From contig BQFW01000002.1 of the NCBI GenBank assembly GCA_020891255.1, positions 3,100,001 to 3,164,000 of the forward strand: a DNA stretch of 64,000 nt, given 5' to 3'. Made by a program: the position numbers and the translations under genes. How positions within the stretch are numbered: position 1 is the stretch's first letter; each line of letters starts with the position of its first letter. The stretch comes from Entomortierella parvispora E1425 (Eukaryota; Fungi; Mortierellomycota). Shown here one piece after another: positions 25,970 to 35,712 of the stretch. Below the pieces are notes generated by a model. It did not search any database, had not been told where the DNA came from, and worked only from the letters and a program-made list of their open reading frames with translations.

Positions 25970-27644
25970 ATGCTCCGCGTACCTGAGCCGCAGGATTTGA
26001 TCGAAACGCGTCGGCTACGTGCCAGCGTGAACGAGGTAACATTGTAGACTAGAACAGGGCCAGCTCGCTAACATTGAAAACTCGAGATGCTTTCTGAAAA
26101 CAACCACCGAACGACTCTTAAGTCTTCTTTTTTTTTTTTTTTTTTTTTTGAAATCAGATGCCTTTGCTACAGGTGGATCAGTTGAAAAGTCTAGGAGAGC
26201 AGCAGCGAGCCTATGCGATGCTGAGTATTATGGCCCAGAGCTACGTCTGGGGACACAGCTTGGATATTGCCCATAGGAGGCCACGCAGTCGAATCCCCAG
26301 GAATTGACATTTCATTTTATTCTTGTAATTAGTCCATCCCTGAATCCTTGGCGGTGCCGTGGCAAGCCATTGCTGATGTCCTGGACATTCCTCCAGCTCT
26401 TACCTATGCATCCACCGATCTTTGGAACTGGAAACTCATTGATGAAAATGGACCGTATTCACTTGAGTAGGAACTCACATCTCTTACTTTCGTTCCTCAA
26501 TACCCGTTGATTTTTGTTATTAACTTTCGATGTGCCTTTCTTTTTGTCGATCGAAGGAACCTCACGACCTTGTTTACCATGACAGGAACCAAAGACGAGA
26601 TTTGGTTCAACATCGTGTCCGTGATGATCGAGGTTGAGGGAGGTGCGGCCTTGAAGCCCTTGTTGGAGGCCATGCAGGCAGTACGAGAGGACGATATAGA
26701 GACTGTTGTCCAAAAACTCAATCTCGCTTTGCCGCAATTGCAAAAAACCAGGAAAGCGACTGACAGAACCGCGTTTTAATTTTCTTTGATCAAAAAAAAA
26801 AAAAAAAAAAAAATCACAATCGATCCTCTTGCCTCTCCAAGCTCGGATGTTTGAAGGATGTGATCCCGTCGTGTTTTACTGGAAGATCCGAAAGTTTCTG
26901 TTAGGTTCGGAAAACAATGCTGGTCTAGGCCTTCCCAACGGATTGGTTTACTCTGGTGTCGATAACAACAAGCCCAAGCATTTCATGGGCGCCACCACGG
27001 GTCAGTCCTCCATCTTCCCTGCCCTGGATGTGATTTTGGGCATTCAGCACTTTGAAAAAGATCCATCGCCATCACCGCAGCAGCAGCAACCCTCTTCCAC
27101 AACAAGAACAGACGCAGAAACAACGACCACTTTCCAGAATGGCCAAAAGGCACTCAATGGCTGTGGGGGCGGCAGCGGCTGCGCTGGCAGAGCACCCAAC
27201 AGCATGTTGGAAAAGATGCGCTCGTACATGCCTGCACCGCATCGCGCCTTCTTGAGCCATTTGGCTCAAGTCGCCAATCTACGCGACTTTGTCCTACAAA
27301 AGTCGAAGGGCGAAGGCTTTGATTCGGACCCTGCTACGCAGGCGTTGGCCCAATCTACCGCCTGTGTGCACGAGGTCAAGTTGTTTCGAGATGCACACAT
27401 TCAGATCGTTACCCGATACATCATCACCCAAGCCCGTCGTGGTCCGCTAGAGGGCTGGGAAGATTACAGGGTCAAGATCGTGGAGGCTACAGCACAGGGA
27501 ATCAAAAGCAGCAGTCATGGTGATGTGGAAACGGAGAAAGCCCCCATGCGAGGATCTGGAGGAAGCGATCTGGTGCCGTTTCTTAAAACCAATCGCGACG
27601 AAACTCAATCAACAAAGGTCATCCAGTCCGCCTCTAAGAAATGA
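25970..27644 (+). pseudogene. IDO: Indoleamine 2,3-dioxygenase (BNA2/IDO-like), apparently disrupted
   Basis: IDO motifs RAYAMLSIMAQSYVWG, LAVPW, PALTYASTDLWNW, RMFEGCDPVVFYWKIR, QSSIFPALD, MRSYMPAPHR, FRDAHIQIVTRYII and RGSGGSDLVPFLK. Two intron positions lack a phase-compatible GT donor, and the N-terminal GFLP/PWE block is missing. Confidence 0.72.
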
Positions 27645-27974
27645 GAGCACTCTCAGGTATCCTCAACAACACTCTCCATTTATCAATTGACGTGTTCCTG
27701 ACGCGTGTTTCCACTCAGCAACATTTTATGGATAGATCTGTTTTCTCAATTGAATTTTTTCTTCTCGCTCAAACAAGGTCCTTGACACTGATTCTTGAAA
27801 ACAAATCCTTGCAAGGCGACGGGATTCTTGAGCAAGTAAGGATTTCGCATGATTTGCCATAGCTCCAGCTCCATGTTATATATTGCCGTCCCTCAGCCCT
27901 GTGCTTCAAAAAAAAAAAAAAAAAAAAAATCGCAAAGCAAGATCATGTCCATATTTGGTGTTTGCGCATGCTTT

Positions 27975-28125
27975 GCGAAAGATTTCGCAAAGCGTTCATT
28001 CTTGGAACTGCTTCGCGAAATGTTTCGCGAAAGACTTCGCAAAGCGTTCATTCTTGGAATTGCTTCGCGAAATGTTTCGCGAAAGACTTCGCAAAGCGTT
28101 CATTCTTGGAATTGCTTCGCGAAAT
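27975..28125. repeat. Tandem array of a 52-bp unit (about 2.9 copies) rich in TTCGCGAA palindromes
   Basis: Unit GCGAAAGACTTCGCAAAGCGTTCATTCTTGGAATTGCTTCGCGAAATGTTTC starts at 27975, 28027 and 28079. It is preceded by a 10-bp inverted repeat, TCGCAAAGCA (27930-27939) / TGCTTTGCGA (27969-27978). Confidence 0.95.
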
Positions 28126-28608
28126 TTTTCTTCCAGCAATTGCGTCGCTTACAGAAAAGTTAGAGTGGCCAGAGTAGCTGCGGTGGAAAAGACCTATTCG
28201 GTGGCACTCCTCTGGTTGGGGTCTTTGAAAGACATCTAGCTGACGCTGCAGCACCTGAGAAGAGAAAAACATCGATCCTATTCGCTATTATCACGACGTG
28301 CAGATTTGGAACCAGCACTACCCCCTATTAAGATTTTTTTTGAATGATCTGGTTGTTTGGACTCTTTTGTGCCTCGATGGCCGCAAGAAATGTTGGGGGA
28401 GTTTTGCATGTCCGAACGATTGCCCTTTTGGTAATTTTTACATGTGAAAAAATGTGCCTCGATAATCCAAAAAAAAAAGTTATAAATGAAGGGAGACTGC
28501 CTCCTCCCGCCCCGCCTGCCCACCTCATCCCTACCCCACACTACAGCATTCTACTGCTCACCACACATCTCTCAAAAGACTCCCCATATTCATTGACCAA
28601 GTTCGAGC

Positions 28609-30804
28609 ATGGCGCCACCAGTGAACACAGGAAAGCAGCAAGGGGATGCCAAGTTCAGCTTGCAAGAAGCAATTGAAGCAGGAAGCAACGTCAGTGATGA
28701 GTTCCACCAGTCTGCCCGTACCAAGATCAACTACAGTGGCAATGTCAAACGCGCAAATGAGTTTCTTATGAAGCAAATCGAAGAAGGAGAACTATCCGAA
28801 GAGTACAGGGATGCGTTTAAAGATGTCAAAGCCTGCACGCCGTCAGCTCTTTACCTCTATATCTCTTATCTCTCTGGCATAAAGAAGTACACCTACAAGA
28901 CCGTCGAAGGAGTTCGAAGCGCCTTGAAGAGTCACTTTGACGATATGGGATTTAAAGGAGACGATTGGAAGGAAACTCGCCCTGGGGTTTGGCAAGGGAA
29001 CCCCGTCTTTGAACACCAGTTTGCAGAGTTGATGAAGTCCTTGAAACAACAGAGCGGTCGAAGCGGAACCAGCAGGCAGAGTCTGCCCATGTCCTACAAG
29101 GACATGGCCAAGCTGATGGCCCATCTTCAGGAACCAACCACAATTGAAAAGCATGGCCTTGGTGCCTGCCTAATGTTCCAAGCCTTTGCAGCAACGGGGT
29201 TTACTCTATGGACTACGTATGGCCGACTCTTCATACGCCCTCTCAACGCGATTTTAACATGTCCTCACCGTTTTCGTCATCATCTTGATGCTAATTCTGA
29301 TCCACTATTGCTACAGAAACGAGGAACTTGTCGGGTTACAAGGCAAGGACATCTCGTCGATGATGAGAACGGATTCTGGTCAACCCTACTTCACAATCAC
29401 CCTGACATTTCGCAAGACTAACCAGGCCGATGAAAAGCGAGGTAATACCCTTTCTGATCAGGCTTGTCGAGTGCGTTTGTCTGGTATAGTTTGTGCGAGT
29501 ATTAAGCCTGTTTCTCTGTTTTATGACTAATAGCACACGTCTATGAGATACATCCAACTCCTTCCGAACCCGACTCTTGCTGCTTCACCAAGCTGCTTGC
29601 TTGGCTCGATTGGTTGGAAGCACATACACACAGAAGACCCGGTCCTCGACTTGGCGAAGGAGATGGACCTACAAGCAAAGGTCCAGTCAAGGAGTCCAGC
29701 AAAGACGCCAAGGAAACGGAGGAGACAGAAGTCAGAGGAAGAGGAGCTGGTGCCCAAGAGGACTATGTTTTCCCCGCCTTAGATACCAAAGGGCGCGTCA
29801 GGGTCCGAGACCCCATGACAAATCATCGCGTTCAAGAATACCTTGACATCTTCACCAACAACAGCATGGTTCTAGGGACTCGAAGGGGCAAGTTTACGTC
29901 ACACTGTTTTCGCCGAGGAGGAGCCCAGTTCCGGTTCATGTTTGCAAAGAAAAAATGGTCTCTCAAAGCCGTCAAGTGGTGGGGTGGATGGAGCGAAACA
30001 GAGAAGAGCGGTACCATCATAAGGTACCTTCTCGATGAGTACGCAGCATACGAGGAGAGCTTTGGGGACATGTTGTCCCCCGAAAGAGATGACAGCCGCC
30101 ATGCCCTGTTCATGGGAGGGGACGACGAGTCTACGGAAGAAGGACTTGATCAACGCGCCTTGTCTCTGCAGATGCAATCCATAGCGTCATCCCTTCAGGC
30201 CCTCGATCGAAAAGTGTCCTTCCTCAAACAGGAAGTAGAAGACGAGAATCGGCGCCAGCTGCGTAGTCTAGGAGGATTGATTGTCCAGGAACTCGGCAAG
30301 ACGATCACGAACCTACTAGGTTCGGCATTGCAGGGTGGTCCAGTCCAGACCCTACAGGTTCCACAATCGCTGGTCCCGATCGCCACACCAGCTGTGCAGA
30401 CGCAACAGGTTGATACTGCGGCGGATGAAGAATCTGTGGCGCCGAGAATCCCCAACGTCAAGACATGGAAGGACTGTATCACACAATGGGAACAAGGAGA
30501 CCCAGAGAACAACCTCTTGTTGCCACTGCGCCACTGGACGAAGGCTATGAGGAAAACAGATCCGTCGAGATACTCTCAACGAAAGCTGATCACCAACGAG
30601 TACAACAGATTGCATAGGAATGAAGAAAACATGATGGAGGTTCATGGGGAGACGCTGAGTTCTATTCACAAACTCATTCAGTCGATCCGTGATGTCAAAA
30701 AAGCAAGAGCGAAAGACGGTGGTGGGAGCGGCAGCGTTGACGGGGAAGAAGAAGAAGAAGAGGAAGAAGAGTTGGTTCCTGCACGTAAAAGGCAAAGAAA
30801 CTAG
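28609..30804 (+). CDS. Crypton-type tyrosine recombinase with C-terminal GCR1_C-like domain, 667 aa, 3 exons
   Basis: Exons 28609-29216, 29317-29441 and 29534-30804 total 2004 nt with no stop. Motifs GNPV, FTLWT(T)NEEL, FRKTNQ, SHCFRRGGAQFRF, WWGGW and IRYLLDE. C-terminal IPNVKTWKDCITQWEQGDP...PLRHW...YSQRKLI. Confidence 0.85.
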
Positions 30805-30956
30805 CCGTTACCACTTTAGATTTTTAATAACAAAGGCGATACCATTGTCCACCATCGGGTTCTTATCATATCCATCTACTCTTTCATAGAAAGACATTGC
30901 CATAGAAGACAAAATGAGGCAGACATGAAGGCTGTAGCTTGTGGCATCGGTGTTGT

Positions 30957-31010
30957 AAACTTGACCTGGATGCGGGTCCAAAACTTGACCTGGATGCGGG
31001 TCCAAAACTT
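30957..31010. repeat. 24-bp direct tandem repeat (2.25 copies) AAACTTGACCTGGATGCGGGTCCA
   Basis: Copies at 30957-30980 and 30981-31004 plus a partial AAACTT. Internal dyads GACC/GGTC and TGGA/TCCA. Confidence 0.95.
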
Positions 31011-31258
31011 TTTTGTCAAAATTTCTCACTGTTCGCGTGCCTTCTTGTGGCGACCTTTCGTTCGATTCGAAGCACACACATTGAGGACCATTCTATTGAC
31101 GATTCAATCCCTGCTCGTTCAAATTGAAATAGCAGCCTCCACCTTTTGGTATTATTGAAAGCGGGACTATCACCACCTTATTTTATTCTCGCTACAAACA
31201 TCCCGCCGATAGTAAAATGTTGCCAAGGGGGCTTGTCATCTTTGGACATTTTTTCTTT

Positions 31259-34200
31259 CTAAGCCATGTATCTGTACAGCGTCTGGTCATCCTTGTCACG
31301 CTCCATGTAATCTCGGTCAATAAGACTCTCGATTCGCTTCTTCAAATCCGTAGCCTAATACCATCGAAAAAGGAGATGGTAGATACTTGTCAGTCATAAA
31401 GTTTCCAAAGAACCTCAACTCTACAAGAAAAAAAAAACCCCCCCCATCGTTATTCCTTTTTTTTTTACCTTGATAGCAAACTTCAGCTGATCAAACAATT
31501 CGCTAAAGAGCTGGTTATGAGAGATGGCCTTGCGAGTCTTCATGATACGGACAATGGCAGCATCCACCTGGAATTGTCGATCCTGGAAGATTCGCTCGTT
31601 GGTCGAGGCATTCTCCTCTGCAGTTTCCTTGAGCTGGATCGCATTGATCTTGATCCTCGTCAGTGGTGCCGTGAACTCATTGTTGAACGTGAACTCGTCT
31701 GTCTCGGACACATCTTTTGATTTTGGATGCTTCGATAGTACACGATGCTTGCCACAGGCCAGAGATTGCAACGTCCGGTTCAGTTCCTTGGTTTCTAGAA
31801 GAGTGAATGTGGTAGGCAGCAGAAGGGTATCACAGGTTAGTGGCCATCGTTCGGAAAAATTGCGACATCATGATATCCTAACAACACTGTTTACCAATAT
31901 TGGTCAACTGCTTGATCTCTTTGTAAGGAAGAGCACTATCGCCAGAGTCATTGAACAAGAGGAGGACAATGGCTTGGAACAAACTCAATTGCAGCTCCTT
32001 CGAACCCTAGAAAGCATGGAATATATACGGTGATAAGTCACTCGGACTTCTAGGATTGCCACGTTTCCCTGTCTTTCCTTTGCAAAAGCACCACGTACTG
32101 CTTTGAAGATCGCCTTGACCACACAGTGTCCCAAACTGTGCTGCCACATAAGTCTACGACCCTTGTGCTTGGAGAGGTAGAAATCCTTGAAGACTTCTTG
32201 GCATTGTGAAATCTAAATAGTCATAATAGTCAATATTTCTTCGTAAAGTCTTGCGTCGACTGTACTCTTTGTCCGGCATAAGATCAACTTACGTGCTGGG
32301 GGATGTTTGCTTCCACGGGGGCGTAGGTTGGCCAATGTCCCTGCGTCAAAACATTAACACTAAGGTCCAGGTGGCCGATTTTGCTGTACATTTTGCTCGC
32401 CTAGAACGTACATTCGAAGCAAAAAAAAAAAAAAAAGAGTCAGCTTTGACAATAAAAGAGTAGCCTCCACTCAAAATAAACAAAAGTCATGCTCCAGAAC
32501 ATACCCTGAAGTTAGCCATAACGTCCCTAGAGATGTCCATATCCTTGAACATGCCCTCGAGTTTTGTCGTGAATCCAGATCCACATTCTATGAACGGACA
32601 CAGGAGCGGAGGATCGGTTGGTTAGTCCAAATTGTCAACTTCCGAGTAGTATCAAGACACCTTGTATTGTGCCACATACCAACTTTCAGTTTGCTCAACA
32701 TGCTCTTCTCAGCATCAAAGGAAGCACTTTTGCCAAGCAACAGTCGTTTGGCCAAATCGCGCTTGTAAAACGCCTCAAATACATCCTTGCCCTGGATGTA
32801 TCGGAACAAAATCAGAACTCTATCCAGGGTAGTCTCCAGCTCATCGACCGATTGTTCCTGATCACATTGTAAAAAAAAGACAGATAATACAACTGGTTAG
32901 TGGCTCCGTTCTGTGCAACTGTGAGGGGAAGCTTCGCTGATTGACGGGATCGGGGGACGCGCGTACCTTGTTGCCACTGCGCAGTCGTGCATCCAGGTAT
33001 TTGGCCACCAACTCTGCTGGCTTGTTTTGTCGAGTGTTGACGAAAATCTCGAAACACTCTTTCAGGACATTCAAGAAGAGTTCCGAGTTTTGGAAGCATG
33101 TGTTCACAACCTCGTCCATCCTGAGCTTGAACCGAAGCAATTCCTCCACCAAAGACTCATCCCGGGATGGATCCGATACAAGGCCCTTGCCCGTTTTCTA
33201 AAGAAATGGGCATTGCGTAAGTCTCAGGAGGCACATCATTTTTTGTACAAAGAGCCAGGGGTACATGAACTCACCTTGACATAGAGCGCAAAGTTTGCAC
33301 TAAGCTTGTCCAAATGTCCAATACGTGCCAACAAATCGTACCACAGCTTGAGAACTGGGAGATCATGGTCAGCCATAACACCCTCAAATCCGTTCTGGAG
33401 AATGTAATCTGACCACCGCTCCAAGAGCTCGCCTTCAACGGTCACAACCAAACTTCGCCTTGTCGATTTCTCTAGGTAGCCTTCGAATCGACCCGTTTCC
33501 TCTGTCAGTCTGCGCTGGGCGTGACGCAGGTATTCGGGCACGGTTAAACTGTGAACACACTGTTCAGCTTCCACATGGTAAAAGGTTCGCGAGTGTTGAA
33601 TGAAAGGGGTCTCAAAGGCCGAGCTGTACATATGAATATCCGACAGCATGCGCAGCAGCGAAGTCACCAACGGGTACGATATCGCCTCACCGGAACGGTC
33701 CCGGTCAATCAACTCCAAGACACCATCTAGAACCTTTGTGCGAATCACATCCTGCTGCATGATCAGACGTCGCCAAAGCTCCAGTCCAAGTTCCCAGATG
33801 CTGGACACCCCTAGAGTCTGGATCACATATGTCCGATCCAGATACAAGAAGATGCTGCGAATCATGATCAACTGCCGACAGTGCTTTGTCCATGCTGTGT
33901 GCACTGCTTCCAGGAAGTCATCCTGAGCGCCGTTATTCTCCAAAAGTGTCTGGAGCACATCTTTCACATGGCGTTCACACTCGGCCGACAGTTTTTTGTA
34001 GAGAGACTCTCCATATTTCTGGTGGCATAGGTTCTCGCATGTCTTGTATAGTTCCTCCAGTGATGAGGCAACAGGCTTTGAGTTGTGGATGGCTCGAACA
34101 GCTTGCTGTAGCACCTTCCATGTCTCCTCCTCATAGTTGGCAGGCAATTGTGGCGTCACTGTGGATGGAACAAAAGAGGTGGTCAGTAGGAGGATACTTT

Positions 34201-35108
34201 ACGCATGCTTTGCATCCTATCATTCCTCAGAGCAACTTTGATGAATCAAAAGCTCTCTTTTACCCGTGAAATTCTTGATGACCAGCTTCTTGACAGGTTG
34301 TTTGCCTTGGACCCCTGTTCTGCGGACTGGCGGTGCACTTGACTTTGGCCCACTAGTAGACGAGCCAGAGAGGCCGACATCAGATGCCCTCGATCCAGGA
34401 CGCCCGAGGGCTGGCCTTGTTGAGCTGGCACCAAGGCCAGCGGCAGCCGAGAAATAGTTGGGGTGCGAGTCAATAGACATGTCGGATGGATGCGACGAGG
34501 CGTGGGATGAATGTGATTGAGAGTGGGAATGGGAGTGAGAGTCTTTTGGAGCGGATCGCCGTCGCTTTGTGTCTGCAATTTCGCGAGCACGGGCAAAAGA
34601 GTTTTCGAGGGGGTTGGCAGGCAGGACCCTGAAGGGAAGAGCAGAGGATGTGGAAGGCGAAGAAGAAGAAGAGGAAGAAGAGTGGGGAAGAGCAGAAGAG
34701 TGTGACGAGGACGAGCCCTGGGCGTTGCTGGCCGGTTTCCGCTTTTTGCTTGGGCTTGCTTCTGCAGAGGACGCGACCGTGGAGAGGACAGAGCGCGCAG
34801 TCGAGGATGAAGACAGGTCGAGGAAGAGGTGGGCGGGAAGCGCGAGGGCGATAAAGACAAGGCAGAGAAAGAGAATCAGCGTTAGGTCAACTTCAGCTTC
34901 GGCATGCATGGCCTGGCCAGGGACAATGGACAGGAGCGGGGGAACAATGAACAATGGAAGAAGGGGAGGAAAGGTGTGTGTTTGCAGGGAGGAAGGAAGG
35001 AGGAGGACAAAGAGGGATGAAAGTGCGCGTTTGGCACGGTTGGAGCAGCCAACCATGGGGTCACATTGGATGCAGAGACGCGCGCTGTGTTTCTCCGGAC
35101 GACAGTCA

Positions 35109-35144
<36 letters not shown>

Positions 35145-35390
35145 AAGGCAGGTCGATTTGAATGAACGCCATGCCATGCGATGCCATATGTGCATTGCAT
35201 TAACGAATGAATGTCAGCAATGGAAACAACAGGCTGTATTCTCATGTGGCTACATGCACATGATATTATTTTCATTCAGTCCATTGGCTGATCGGGGAGC
35301 ATGGGGTGCGTGGGGTGCAGGTGCAGGTTTCCTGTGTGTTGACATGAGGGACCATTCATTACCTGACGAAGACAGTCGATTGAAGCTCAT
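31259..35390 (-). CDS. CUL4: Cullin-4, multi-exon
   Basis: Inferred 28-nt first exon (35390-35363) spliced to [10 protein letters not shown]. Motifs [64 protein letters not shown] (neddylation Lys) and [18 protein letters not shown]. Confidence 0.93.
35110..35141. repeat. (GGCA)8 microsatellite in CUL4 intron 1
   Basis: Perfect tetranucleotide run. Confidence 0.95.
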
Positions 35391-35712
35391 AGGGGACCAA
35401 GTGTGGGCAAAGAGCGAATGAAGGAGGGAAAGTGGATGCGGACAAAGGAGATGGAGAGAAAGACGAGGGAGAGCAGGCCTGTCTGACTGAGACGAAGAGG
35501 TGCAAAGTGAAGAAGAGGTGAAAGAGGTGGAGGAGAGCAAGGAAGAGGAAGAGGGCACCTGCTGGGACACCTCTGCCCGTCAGCCGTGGACTGCTTGTGG
35601 TTGTTCAATTGTCAAATGAAAAATAAAATTTAAATAATATAAATTATTATAAAGGCATGACTGCGATGTAAATTAGTCGAGCTTTTATTTTATTCAGGAT
35701 GTTTTGCGTGCC

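Larger units (their letters stand above)
27930..31010 (+). mobile_element. Putative Crypton-like DNA transposon or derivative; boundaries approximate
   Basis: Tyrosine recombinase gene flanked by two short tandem repeat blocks, sitting between the convergent IDO and CUL4 3' ends. No terminal repeats or target duplication identified. Confidence 0.5.

Noticed and set aside
27975-28125. CRISPR-like array next to a recombinase
   Set aside because: Units are contiguous with no unique spacers, there are no cas genes, and the context is eukaryotic.
28278-28608. Terminal or subterminal inverted repeats pairing the left flank with 30957-31020
   Set aside because: Only 6-9 bp low-complexity matches (TTTGGA, AAAAAAGTT); not distinguishable from background by eye.
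29620-29760. Possible third intron in the recombinase (charged low-complexity insert between WLE and DYVFPAL)
   Set aside because: The frame is open through it and there is no strong donor or branch site; treated as a coding insertion.
34762-34909. Apparent N-terminal transmembrane segment on CUL4 ([22 protein letters not shown]) in the ORF track
   Set aside because: It lies in the pyrimidine-rich 3' end of the inferred 601-nt intron 1 (CTAAC branch-like site, CAG acceptor); hydrophobic codons are a by-product of the C/T bias.
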